64,000 nt of DNA from positions 32,001-96,000 of the forward strand of contig CAVUWD010000007.1 of NCBI GenBank assembly GCA_963745025.1, in the 5' to 3' direction. Below the pieces are notes generated by a model. That model did not search any database, was not told the origin of the DNA, and was given only the letters and a program-made list of their open reading frames with translations. The translations under genes were made by a program, and so were the position numbers. Source of the stretch: an uncultured delta proteobacterium. GTDB lineage: Bacteria; Desulfobacterota; Binatia; JACPRU01. Positions 9,493 through 18,608 of this stretch are shown piece by piece; the stretch's first letter is position 1; the number at the start of each line of letters is the position of its first letter.

Positions 9493-10344
9493 ATGGAACA
9501 GATTACGACCGGCTACGGCCTGATCGAAGCCCCCGTCTGGGGTGGCGATCGGGGGTTATTTTTCAGCGACGTCCTGAACGGCGGAGTCTATTGCCTTTCG
9601 CCTTTGGCGGCCGTCTCGACCGTGCTGCCCGATCGGCGTGGAATCGGGGGGATGGCGCTGCATCATCAGGGTGGGCTGGTGGTGGGCGGTCGCAACATCG
9701 CCTACGAGAGCCTCGAGGGCAGGCGGCGTACGGTGGTATTGCTGGAGCGTTCCGTGATGCCCGAGACCGTGGGCTTCAACGACCTGACGACCGACGCACG
9801 GGGCCGCGTCTACGTCGGCTCGCTCGCGTTCCGGGTCTTTGCGGGGGACGCTCCCAAGCCCGGCTACCTACATGTCATCGATCTCGACGGCAGCGTGCGC
9901 ACCATTGCCGATGGCGTCTGGCTGACCAATGGCCTTGGCTTCTCGCCCGACGGTACGCGCCTCTATCACAGCGACTCCCACGCGGATCTCGTTCGCGTCT
10001 ACGACGTCCGCACGGACGGCTCGGTCGGGCCCTGGCGCGTCTTCGCAAAGCTCGGGGGTGCCGTCCCAGACGGCCTTGCCGTCGCGGCTGATGGTTCCGT
10101 ATGGGTGGCGGCTGCCCACGGCGGATGTGTGATCGCGTTCGAGCCGGACGGTACCGAACGGCTGCGCCTAGCCGTACCGCTGCCGATGGTCACGAGCGTC
10201 TGCTTCGGCGGCAGCGATCTGCGCGACCTCTACGTGGTCACCGGGTCGCAGGGCGGGCCGCACCCAAACTGCGGGACCCTCTATCGCACCCGCGTCGAGG
10301 TCCCTGGGCTGGTGCTCGCCCCCGCGCGCGTGACACTCGGCTGA
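9493..10344 (+). CDS. SMP-30/gluconolactonase/LRE family protein
   Basis: EAPVW, FND, NGLGFSPDG, PDGLAV and TSVCFGG motifs. Confidence 0.9.
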   Translation: MEQITTGYGLIEAPVWGGDRGLFFSDVLNGGVYCLSPLAAVSTVLPDRRGIGGMALHHQGGLVVGGRNIAYESLEGRRRTVVLLERSVMPETVGFNDLTTDARGRVYVGSLAFRVFAGDAPKPGYLHVIDLDGSVRTIADGVWLTNGLGFSPDGTRLYHSDSHADLVRVYDVRTDGSVGPWRVFAKLGGAVPDGLAVAADGSVWVAAAHGGCVIAFEPDGTERLRLAVPLPMVTSVCFGGSDLRDLYVVTGSQGGPHPNCGTLYRTRVEVPGLVLAPARVTLG

Positions 10345-10484
10345 TCCCTGCAACGGGAAACCGCCCGCGCCCGGGCGACTCAGTGCAGCCCTACACAGTG
10401 CGCCCCCCCCCAGTTGACGGCTGCCGGCTGGGATTGGCATCCTCGGCGGTAACCTCACGCGGAGAAAGGACGGGAACCACGGAC

Positions 10485-10907
10485 ATGGCAACCGAAGCGA
10501 GCAGTCCCCTGCCGGTCGTCGACTTTCTGAAGATTCCGGCAGGCGGTCAGCCGTATCTCGAAGGACGCCGATGCAAGCCCTGCGGCGCCGTTTTTCTGGG
10601 CGAGCGCAGCGTGTGCTCGAAGTGCGGTACGCGCAACCAGATCGAGGCGATCCGCCTCGCCGATCGCGGCCGGCTTTACGTCTACAGCATCGTTCACCGC
10701 TCCTTTCCCGGAATCGACGTGCCGTACGTTTCGGCCGTGGTCGATCTCGAAGGCGGCGGCACGGTGAAGGGCAATCTGATCGGCGTCCCGCCCGACCCGG
10801 CGAAGATCGAACTCGGCATGCCGGTGCGCGTGGTCTTCAAGGACGCGCTCGGTCGCAGGGATAAGCAGGGCAACTCGTACTTGAGCTATTTCTTCGAGCC
10901 GGCGTAG
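10485..10907 (+). CDS. DUF35-type Zn-ribbon/OB-fold protein (thiolase partner)
   Basis: CKPC...CSKC zinc ribbon followed by OB fold (PYVSAVVDLEGG, IELGMPV). Start taken at ATG 10485. Confidence 0.88.
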   Translation: MATEASSPLPVVDFLKIPAGGQPYLEGRRCKPCGAVFLGERSVCSKCGTRNQIEAIRLADRGRLYVYSIVHRSFPGIDVPYVSAVVDLEGGGTVKGNLIGVPPDPAKIELGMPVRVVFKDALGRRDKQGNSYLSYFFEPA

Positions 10908-10948
10908 GCTTTGCCGCTGCGTCCCGGCCCAACGCGAGGAGACGAACA

Positions 10949-12094
10949 ATGAGTGACGTCTACATCGTCGGTGTCGACATGATCAAATTCGGCCGCTTTC
11001 CCGAGAAGACCGTCCCGGAAATCGGGGCAGAGGCTGCGCTGCTGGCGCTCGATGACGCCGGTCTCAAGATCCAACAGATGGAAGCGCTCTACTGCGGCAA
11101 CCTCTACCAGGCGAACGCGATGGTCGGGCAGCGCATCCTGCAGGAGATCGGTCAGACGGGGATTCCCGTCGTCAACACGTCTAACGCCTGCGCGACCGGC
11201 GCCACCGCGTTTCGCGAAGCGTGGATGTCGATCAAGGCAGGCGTCTACGACCTCGTGCTCGCGGTCGGCGTGGAGCAGATGGGCAAAGGTCTTCTCGGCG
11301 GCACCGGCGCCGGCCATGGAATCCCCAAAGAAGGCCTGCTCGGCTCCGGCACGATGCCCGCGGTCTTCGCCGAGGCCGGCATGGAACACGTCCGCAAGTA
11401 CGGCACCACGTTCGAGCAGTTCGCGAAGGTCTCGGTGAAGAACCATCACCATTCGACGATGAACTCGAAGTCCATGTATCAGCTCGAGACGCCGCTCGAG
11501 ATGGTCATGAACGCCGAGATGATCGCGTATCCGAACACCAAGCTGATGTGCTCGGTGAACGTCGACGGCTCGGCCGCGGCCGTGCTCGCGTCGGAGAAGA
11601 AGGCGAAGGAGCTCGGGCTCATGAAGCGAGCCGTGCGCGTGCGCGCCTCGGTGCTGACGAGCGACCCGTGGCAGGAGCGCGACCTCGTGATGCCCGACGT
11701 CAACACCTGCACGCGGATCGCCGCGAAGAAGGCGTACGAGACGGCGGGGGTCGGTCCCGAGGACGTCGATCTCATCGAGCTTCACGATTGTTTTGCCACC
11801 GCGGAGATCCTTCACTACGAGAACCTCTTCCTCTGCAAGGAGGGCGAGGCGGGACGCATGATCGACGAGGGCGCGACGGCGCTCGGCGGGAAAATTCCCG
11901 TGAACGTGTCCGGAGGTCTGCTCTCCAAGGGTCACCCGCTCGGTGCGACCGGAATCGCCAACATCTACGAGGTGTCGACCCATTTGCGCGGCGCGGCCGG
12001 CAAGCGGCAGGTTGCGGACGCGCGGCTCGGCATGACGCACGTGATCGGTCTCGGCAGCGCCTGCGGCATCCACATCCTCGAGCGCGTTTCGTGA
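10949..12094 (+). CDS. SCP2/SCP-x-type thiolase
   Basis: NACATG (catalytic Cys), IELHDCF and SGGLLSKGHPLGATG motifs. Confidence 0.92.
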   Translation: MSDVYIVGVDMIKFGRFPEKTVPEIGAEAALLALDDAGLKIQQMEALYCGNLYQANAMVGQRILQEIGQTGIPVVNTSNACATGATAFREAWMSIKAGVYDLVLAVGVEQMGKGLLGGTGAGHGIPKEGLLGSGTMPAVFAEAGMEHVRKYGTTFEQFAKVSVKNHHHSTMNSKSMYQLETPLEMVMNAEMIAYPNTKLMCSVNVDGSAAAVLASEKKAKELGLMKRAVRVRASVLTSDPWQERDLVMPDVNTCTRIAAKKAYETAGVGPEDVDLIELHDCFATAEILHYENLFLCKEGEAGRMIDEGATALGGKIPVNVSGGLLSKGHPLGATGIANIYEVSTHLRGAAGKRQVADARLGMTHVIGLGSACGIHILERVS

Positions 12095-12119
12095 GCGGCG
12101 TGCGCCGCGGCGGCACCGG

Positions 12120-12166
12120 AGGGTCTGTGAACGAATCCCCGGTCCGGGGATTCGTTCACAGACCCT
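12120..12166. repeat. Perfect palindrome with 23-bp arms and a 1-nt centre
   Basis: AGGGTCTGTGAACGAATCCCCGG-T-CCGGGGATTCGTTCACAGACCCT. Confidence 0.95.
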
Positions 12167-12175
12167 GAGAGGCGA

Positions 12176-12661
12176 ATGCGTATCGGCGTCGTCAGCGATA
12201 CACACAACCATCTGCCGAACGTCGCCCGTGTGGTGGAGCTCTTGAACGCGGCCGGCGTCGAGCGCGTCGTCCACACCGGCGACATCACCCAACCGAAGAC
12301 GCTCGAGGTGCTCGCGCGCCTCGCGGCCCCGCTTCACGCGATCTTCGGCAACAACGACGCAGGCGAGCGGGAGGGGCTCGAGGCCGCAGGCGCGCATCTC
12401 GGCATCGAGCTCGCCGCGCCGGCGCTCGAGCTCGTCTGGGCGGATCGGCGGATCGTCGTGGTGCACGATCCGCGTGACCTCGAAACACGCCACGTCCTCC
12501 CGCATGTAGTCCTCCACGGCCACACGCACCGGCGCACGATCGAGCGGACGGACGGTCGCTTGGTCTTCAACCCGGGTGAGTGCGCCGGCCACCTGCCGGG
12601 ACACAACGCCGTCGGTCTGGTCGATCTCGCGACGCTCGAAGTCGAGATCCTGACCTTCTGA
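12176..12661 (+). CDS. Metallophosphoesterase (YfcE/MJ0936 family)
   Basis: SDTH, HTGD, GNND, HGHTH and NPG motifs. Confidence 0.92.
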   Translation: MRIGVVSDTHNHLPNVARVVELLNAAGVERVVHTGDITQPKTLEVLARLAAPLHAIFGNNDAGEREGLEAAGAHLGIELAAPALELVWADRRIVVVHDPRDLETRHVLPHVVLHGHTHRRTIERTDGRLVFNPGECAGHLPGHNAVGLVDLATLEVEILTF

Positions 12662-12698
12662 GGCACTTGCGACGACGAGAAGGTCGAGACACGAGCCC

Positions 12699-13844
12699 AT
12701 GCCCGAATCTCCGCAGCGCTTCTCACTGATCACGGAAGAAAGCCTCGCCGCCCTGCGGAAGCTCATCGGCGTGCCGGTCGAAGACTCCGTGGAGCCCTGG
12801 TGCACCGAGGCGACGCGGGACAACATCCGCCACTGGGCGCACGGCATCGGCGACGACAATCCGCTCTGGTGCGATCCATCCTATGCGGCGACGACGCCCT
12901 ATGGCCGCATCGTGGCACCGCCCTCGTTCATCTTCCCGCTGAATCGGTCGTTCAGCGGCTACGTCGCGGGGCTCCCGGGTGTCCACGCGATGTTCGCCGG
13001 CATCGACGTCACCTGGCACCGGCCGATTCTCCTCGGCGAGCGGTTCACCACGAAGGTCCGCCTCAAGGACCTGGTCGAGCATCAGACCCGTTTCGCCGGT
13101 CGATCGATCCAACAGATTTACCGCTGCGAGTTCTACGGCGACGGCGGAGTGCTCTTGGCCGAGGGCGACAGCTGGTGCTTCCGCACCGAGCGGGACACGG
13201 CGCGCGAGCGCGGGACGAAGTACGTCGCGCTCAAGGTCAAGAAGCCGACTCGCTACACGCGAGAGGATCTCGCGAAAATCTTCGCGCTCTACGCGTCCGA
13301 GAAGATTCGCGGCGCCGCGCCACTCCACATCGAGGACGTGCGGGTCGGCGAAACGCTGCCGACAATGGTCAAGGGCCCGATGACGGTAACGGGCTTCATC
13401 GCGTTCGCGCAGGGATGGGGCGGGCTCTACATCCGCGCCAACAAGCTCGCGTGGAAGCAGCTCCAGAAGCATCCGGGGCTGGGGATTACCAACGAGTTCG
13501 GCATCCCCGACGTCCCGGAACGAGTTCATTGGGAGAACGAGCTGGCGACACGGGTCGGGACTCCGGCAGCCTACGACTATGGGCCGGAGCGCTGCTCCTG
13601 GATGTCCCACCAGCTCACCGACTGGATGGGAGATGCGGGGTTCCTGCAGCATCACCACGTCGAGATCCGTCGCCACAATCCGATCGGCGACACGCTCTAT
13701 GTCGGCGGCGAGGTGACGCGAACCTTCGAGCACGAAGGCGCACCGTGCGCGGAGATCTCGCAGCGCGCGACCAATCAGGACGGCGAATTGTCCGTAATTG
13801 CGAAGGCCGTCGTTCGTTTGCCATCGCGCAGGCGATCGACGTGA
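12699..13844 (+). CDS. Double hot-dog MaoC-like (FAS1-type) acyl dehydratase
   Basis: Two hot-dog halves: IRHWAHGIGDDNPLW...APPSF and LPTMVKGP...VH...LTDWMGD. Confidence 0.85.
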   Translation: MPESPQRFSLITEESLAALRKLIGVPVEDSVEPWCTEATRDNIRHWAHGIGDDNPLWCDPSYAATTPYGRIVAPPSFIFPLNRSFSGYVAGLPGVHAMFAGIDVTWHRPILLGERFTTKVRLKDLVEHQTRFAGRSIQQIYRCEFYGDGGVLLAEGDSWCFRTERDTARERGTKYVALKVKKPTRYTREDLAKIFALYASEKIRGAAPLHIEDVRVGETLPTMVKGPMTVTGFIAFAQGWGGLYIRANKLAWKQLQKHPGLGITNEFGIPDVPERVHWENELATRVGTPAAYDYGPERCSWMSHQLTDWMGDAGFLQHHHVEIRRHNPIGDTLYVGGEVTRTFEHEGAPCAEISQRATNQDGELSVIAKAVVRLPSRRRST

Positions 13845-13845
13845 A

Positions 13846-14043
13846 TCACCCGAAGGCGTCGACCGCGGGCACCGCCCGCGCCTGCTCGCGGCGGCCGAGC
13901 GCCGCTGCCGCCGTGAGCGCGCCGCGCGCCTCGATGACCATCCGGTTCGTCATCCCGTTCATCCGCTCGGGTCGATTGAGCGTCAGCGTCGCGATCGGCC
14001 CCGTCTTCTCGTAGAGAAGGGTCTCGAACCGCGTCTCGGTCAT
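13846..14043 (-). pseudogene. 5' fragment of an enoyl-CoA hydratase/crotonase
   Basis: MTETRFETLLYEKTGPIATLTLNRPERMNG, after which homology is lost at ~50 aa; RBS aggggag. Confidence 0.7.
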
Positions 14044-14057
14044 GTCGGCTCCCCTTT

Positions 14058-14867
14058 TCAGCGCGTCCAGCGCGCAAACACGGGCGGGCGGCGCTCGAGG
14101 AAGGAGGCGGCTCCCTCCTTGGCGTCCGGATGTACGAGCGCCTCGCGCATCCGTTGGTCGGCGTCGTGGCATGCCTCGTCGAGCGACCACGACAGACCGC
14201 GGTACACCTGCGACTTGACGACCGCGAGCGACCGTCTCGAGACGTTGGCCGCGAGGTCGCGCACGTACGCACGGGTCTCGTCGAGCAGGCGCTCGGCCGG
14301 GACCAGCCGGTCGATGAAGCCGACGCGAAGCGCCTCGGCCGCGTCGATCCTCCGCGAACTCCACAAGAGGTCAAGCGCGCGGCTCGTACCGACCAGACGC
14401 GGAAGAATCCAGCTCGTACCGTGCTCGGCGATCAGGCCGCGGCGCGAGAACACGGTCGTGAAGCTCGCTTGCGGGGACGCGAAGCGGAGATCGCACATCA
14501 TGGCGAGCACGAAGCCACCGCCCGCCGCGACGCCGTTCACGGCGGCGATCACCGGCTTCGGGACCCGCAGCAGATAACCGAAGAGAGCGGGGAGCTCACC
14601 CGCCTGCGGCGAGCCGGGCGAGGTGGGTGGACCGCCTTCCGTCGAGCGCGCCAGGTCGGCGGCGTCGAGCCCCGCGCTGAACGCGCGCCCGGTTCCCGTC
14701 ACCACGATCGCCACGGCGCGCTCGTCGGCCGTGGCTTCGTCCACCGCGGCGCGCAGCGCGTCGATCATGCCGAACGTAAAGGCGTTCAGCTTCTCCGGCC
14801 GATTCAGGCGCACGCAAGCGATCGAGTCCTCGAGATCATAGACGATCGCCGGTTCCTGTGAACCCAT
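14058..14867 (-). CDS. Enoyl-CoA hydratase/isomerase
   Basis: LNRPEKLNA, FSAGLD, AVNGVAAGGG and GLIAEHG motifs. Confidence 0.92.
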   Translation of the reverse strand: MGSQEPAIVYDLEDSIACVRLNRPEKLNAFTFGMIDALRAAVDEATADERAVAIVVTGTGRAFSAGLDAADLARSTEGGPPTSPGSPQAGELPALFGYLLRVPKPVIAAVNGVAAGGGFVLAMMCDLRFASPQASFTTVFSRRGLIAEHGTSWILPRLVGTSRALDLLWSSRRIDAAEALRVGFIDRLVPAERLLDETRAYVRDLAANVSRRSLAVVKSQVYRGLSWSLDEACHDADQRMREALVHPDAKEGAASFLERRPPVFARWTR

Positions 14868-14960
14868 GTGCCGCTCCTCGGGAGGATCTAGCGCAGATGG
14901 CAGGCGATGAACACCGGCGAAGGCGTGCCCGAGGAATTCGACACTGCGCTTCCCGCCGGC

Positions 14961-15395
14961 TCACGGACGGTGACAATACAGGCACGCCCCGGAGACCGAT
15001 CCGGCTAGAAAGTAGTTCGGCGGGTCGTGCTCGGCCGCGGTACGCGCCGCGCGAAGATCGTCGGCGAGCGTTCGCAATCCCTCCCCGAGTTGGGGGTGGT
15101 TGGAAGACCACGGGTCGGGGCCGAGCTGCTCGACCGTCTGCTCCATGTCGGCGAGCAGAAGCACGATCTGGGAGTGTTGGTCGCTTCCGGCCTTCGCTCC
15201 GCTACGGAGCAGCTCACGAAGCGCGAGCGACTGATGTCCGAGGAGCCACATCGCCGAGCGCAACTCGGTTTCGGGGACGTAGCGGAACGAAGGTGGATAA
15301 GTGGTTTGACGCAGGGAATCGGCCAGGCGACTCTGGCAACCGGCGATGAACCCGAGGAGGAGAACGACGCCCCACGATCGAACACGCATCCGCAT
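14961..15395 (-). CDS. Lipoprotein class II (four-helix, c'/b562-like) monoheme cytochrome c
   Basis: Signal peptide with lipobox FIAG-C, helical body, C-terminal CLYCH. Confidence 0.75.
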   Translation of the reverse strand: MRMRVRSWGVVLLLGFIAGCQSRLADSLRQTTYPPSFRYVPETELRSAMWLLGHQSLALRELLRSGAKAGSDQHSQIVLLLADMEQTVEQLGPDPWSSNHPQLGEGLRTLADDLRAARTAAEHDPPNYFLAGSVSGACLYCHRP

Positions 15396-15622
15396 ACCAA
15401 GATCTCCGTATCGGCCAGGCCGCCGCCTGGGCCGCCTACAATCACGGAAGAGCGGCGTGAGGTCAACGTCGTTCGACGCCTCGGGTCCGCAAAAGCGCCA
15501 GTGCGAGGCTTGACGACTCTCGGTCGGCTGCGGCAAGTCCTGCGCCTCGATCGCGATGAGGCCAGGCGGAGGTCCCTGAAGCGCGGGCGTCAGGTACCAC
15601 CCCGGCTAGAGCGGAGGTCTCG

Positions 15623-16507
15623 ATGACGGACGTAGAGTTTCTGGGCGGGGTTTCGATGTTCTCGTCGCTCGCTGCCGACGACGTTCGTGAGCTTGCCAGT
15701 CTCTGCAGGCAGGTTTCGCGCGAAGACCAGCACTTGGTCTTCCGCCGGGGCGATCCACCGGACGCGATGTACCTGATCCGCGAGGGAAAGGTCGAAATTT
15801 CGGTCTGGACCGAAGACAACGAGGAGCTCGTGCTCGCGGTCCTCGGCGACGCCGATTTTTTCGGCGAGCTCGCGCTGTTCGACGGCTCTCCCCGAACCGC
15901 GACCGCGAAGGCCGTCGGGAACGTCGATCTGATCGAGATCCGCAAGGACGATCTCTTCGCGTTCCTACGCCGCAATCCCGAAGCGGCGCTCTCGATGATG
16001 AGCGAGATCTCCCGCCGGCTGCGGGCCGCGAACTCGCTGATCGAGCGGCGTACCACGCGAAACGTCAACGAGCTCATGGAGGATCGGTTCACCTTCGGCG
16101 ACCGCCTGGCGGATCGGATTGCGCAGTTCGGCGGCAGCTGGACGTTCCTGATCTGGTTCGGAGTCACGCTCTTGGTTTGGATGGCGCTCAACAGCCTCGA
16201 ATCGATCTGGCATCCCTTCGATCCGTTCCCGTTCATCTTTCTCAACCTGGTGCTTTCGTGTCTCGCCGCCGTTCAGGCGCCCGTCATCATGATGAGCCAG
16301 AATCGACAGGCCACGAAGGATCGCCTGCAAGCGGATCTCGACTATCAAGTCAACCTCAAGGCCGAGCTGCAGATCCGCAGCCTCCACTTGAAGATCGACG
16401 AGCTCCGCACGACCGAGGTACACGATTTTCTCGAGCTCCAGCGGGAACAACTCACCATTCAGCGCGAACAGATGGAGATCATGAAACAGCTTCGCCAGCC
16501 GCCTTGA
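15623..16507 (+). CDS. Cyclic-nucleotide-binding domain plus DUF1003 membrane protein
   Basis: FFGELALFDGSPRTATA (cNMP-binding); FGGSWTF, FDPFPFIFLNL and QAPVIMMSQNRQ (DUF1003). Confidence 0.92.
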   Translation: MTDVEFLGGVSMFSSLAADDVRELASLCRQVSREDQHLVFRRGDPPDAMYLIREGKVEISVWTEDNEELVLAVLGDADFFGELALFDGSPRTATAKAVGNVDLIEIRKDDLFAFLRRNPEAALSMMSEISRRLRAANSLIERRTTRNVNELMEDRFTFGDRLADRIAQFGGSWTFLIWFGVTLLVWMALNSLESIWHPFDPFPFIFLNLVLSCLAAVQAPVIMMSQNRQATKDRLQADLDYQVNLKAELQIRSLHLKIDELRTTEVHDFLELQREQLTIQREQMEIMKQLRQPP

Positions 16508-16568
16508 TTCGTCTACGAATCGCGAACCGGCGTAACCCGAACGGTTCCTCTCATTGCCGGGCTAGATC

Positions 16569-16790
16569 TCAACTCGCTCGCAATCGTTTGTGTCGATTTC
16601 GCGATGGCAGGACCGATGCGCCCCTCCGCTCGAACTCGATCATCTCGCGTAGCGAGGAAACCGTCCCTTGCAGCGAAGGATCTCCGCTGCCGAGCCAGGT
16701 CACGAGAGCGAAGAAATATGCGGCGAACAGGTTGCGAGCGAGCACCCGAGCGTCTAGGTTCTGCTTCGTCTCGCTACGCACCCGCGCGCC
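16569..16790 (-). pseudogene. Probable C-terminal fragment of a TetR-family regulator
   Basis: LDARVLARNLFAAYFFALVTWLGSGDP; no HTH seen upstream. Confidence 0.5.
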
Positions 16791-16860
16791 CTCTGTCCGG
16801 CCGCTTCAGGCTGACCCGGCTCCACAATGAGCGTACTCAGAACAGCACCGAACGCGGATC

Positions 16861-17094
16861 GCGGCCGAGGCTCACAATTTGTTCGCGCTCTACTTCGCAC
16901 AACTTCAGAGATGGCTCGGAGGAGATCCGATCACCGCCGCTACGCGCGATGAGGGTCTGCGAGCCTCGCTCGAGCTGCCGCTCGCCGGGCTGACGCGCGG
17001 ATCACCGCAAACCGGCGCCTACGACCGATCGAAGGCTCGCGTTTCCTCGATCGCGGGGGCGCGGCCGAAAGGCAAGTTACGAGGAGTCCGCTGA
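16861..17094 (+). pseudogene. Probable C-terminal fragment of a TetR-family regulator, directly upstream of the hpaB-like gene
   Basis: AHNLFALYFAQLQRWLGGDP...LRASLEL; stop overlaps the hpaB-like ATG (TGATG). Confidence 0.5.
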
Positions 17095-18608
17095 TGGGTG
17101 CACGCACGGGAAAACAGTTCCTCGCAGGTCTCCGCAAACCGCGCGAGATCTGGGTGGGCGAAGACAAGGTGGACGACGTCGTGTCGCATCCGGCATTCGC
17201 CGGCGCGGCACAGACGCTGGCGCGAGATCTTCGATCTGCAGCACGAAGCCGCCGACGTCTGTCTGATGCCGGATCCCGAGACCGGCGAGCCGATCAACGT
17301 GAGCCACATGATCCCGCGCTCGCGAGCCGACCTCGATCGCCGTCATGCCTGTCTGCAGACGATCGCCGAGTACACGGTCGGTCTGATGGGCCGCTCACCG
17401 GACTACATGAACGTCACGTTCGCCGGCTTCGCCGGGCGCGCCGACGAGTGGGCCGGCGACGGCAACGAGGCGCGGCGCCGCGAACCTGGTCGCCTATCAG
17501 AAGCACCTCGCGCCGCGACGACATCTCGCTCACCCACACGATCGTCCATCCGACCATCGACAAGGCCACGGGCGACGCGCCCGCGCCGGCGGAACGACGT
17601 CGCGCTCCACAAGGTGGGCGACACCGAGCACGGCATCGTCGTGCGCGGCGCGCGCGATCCTGGCGACGCTCGCGCCGTTCGCCGACGAGCTCGCCGTCTA
17701 TCCCGCGCATCCACTGCCGGAAGGTGCCGACGACTACGCGCTGTCGTTCTGCGATCCCGATGGGAACGCCGGGGCTCAAGTTCCTCTGCCGCGACAGCTG
17801 TCGCGCGCCCGCCGAATCTCTTCGACCATCCGTTGTCGAGCCGCTTCGACGAGCAGGACGCGTTCGTGATCTTCGACGACGTCGAGGTGCCGCGCGATCG
17901 GCTCTTCATCGACGGCAACCTCGACGTCTACAACCGGGTGATGACGACGGGCTGGTACCCGAACATCATGCAGCAGACGATGATCCGGGCGCAGACCAAG
18001 CTCGAGTTCGCCTACGGGCTCGGCACGCGAATGGCCGAGGCGATCAACGACACGCTCGCCGGCGACCAAGCAGATGCTCGGCGAGATCTGGACGTACGCG
18101 GAGTTCGCCCGGGCGGCGATTCACAGCGCGGAGACCGAAGCCTTCGAGTACGGCAACGGCGTGTGGTTCCCGAACGGCGGCCCGCTCGCGGCGCTGCGCG
18201 CCGCGCTGCCGAGCTGGTTCCCGCGCGTCGAACGAGATCCTCACGCTGATCGGCTCGCACAATCTGCTCGCAACACCGAGCCAGGCGCAGCTCCGCGATC
18301 CGAAGCTCCGCCCGCTCATCGACCGCTACTTGCGCGGCGCGAACCAGACGTCCGCCGAGGAACGGGCGCGCGTCTTCCGCCTCGCCTGGGACTTCGTCGG
18401 CAGCGCACTCGCCAGCCGAAACGAGCTGTACGAGCGCTTCTACCTCGCCTCTGGCGCGCGCAACTACGCGATCGCCAACTCGATCGCCGACAAGGGCCGG
18501 GCGCTGCGGCTGGTCGACGGCATCCTGGGCAACAAAGTCGCGCCCGCGGAGAGCCCATCCTCGGCAGGCGGTCAGAAGATCAACTTGATCCTGGAGGGCA
18601 GCAGATGA
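17094..18608 (+). CDS. HpaB-like group D flavin monooxygenase oxygenase component (several frameshifts)
   Basis: RTGKQFLAGLR, MGRSPDYMN, HPLSSRFDEQDAFVIFDDVEVPRDRLF and RLAWDFVGSALASRNELYERFY are spread over three frames. Confidence 0.85.
   Translation: MGARTGKQFLAGLRKPREIWVGEDKVDDVVSHPAFAGAAQTLARDLRSAARSRRRLSDAGSRDRRADQREPHDPALASRPRSPSCLSADDRRVHGRSDGPLTGLHERHVRRLRRARRRVGRRRQRGAAPRTWSPIRSTSRRDDISLTHTIVHPTIDKATGDAPAPAERRRAPQGGRHRARHRRARRARSWRRSRRSPTSSPSIPRIHCRKVPTTTRCRSAIPMGTPGLKFLCRDSCRAPAESLRPSVVEPLRRAGRVRDLRRRRGAARSALHRRQPRRLQPGDDDGLVPEHHAADDDPGADQARVRLRARHANGRGDQRHARRRPSRCSARSGRTRSSPGRRFTARRPKPSSTATACGSRTAARSRRCAPRCRAGSRASNEILTLIGSHNLLATPSQAQLRDPKLRPLIDRYLRGANQTSAEERARVFRLAWDFVGSALASRNELYERFYLASGARNYAIANSIADKGRALRLVDGILGNKVAPAESPSSAGGQKINLILEGSR

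Noticed and set aside
10886-12859. 657-aa minus-strand ORF, and similar long antisense ORFs such as 20673..22301 and 47414..48940
   Set aside because: Shadow ORFs opposite well-supported genes in high-GC DNA, with no recognisable motifs.
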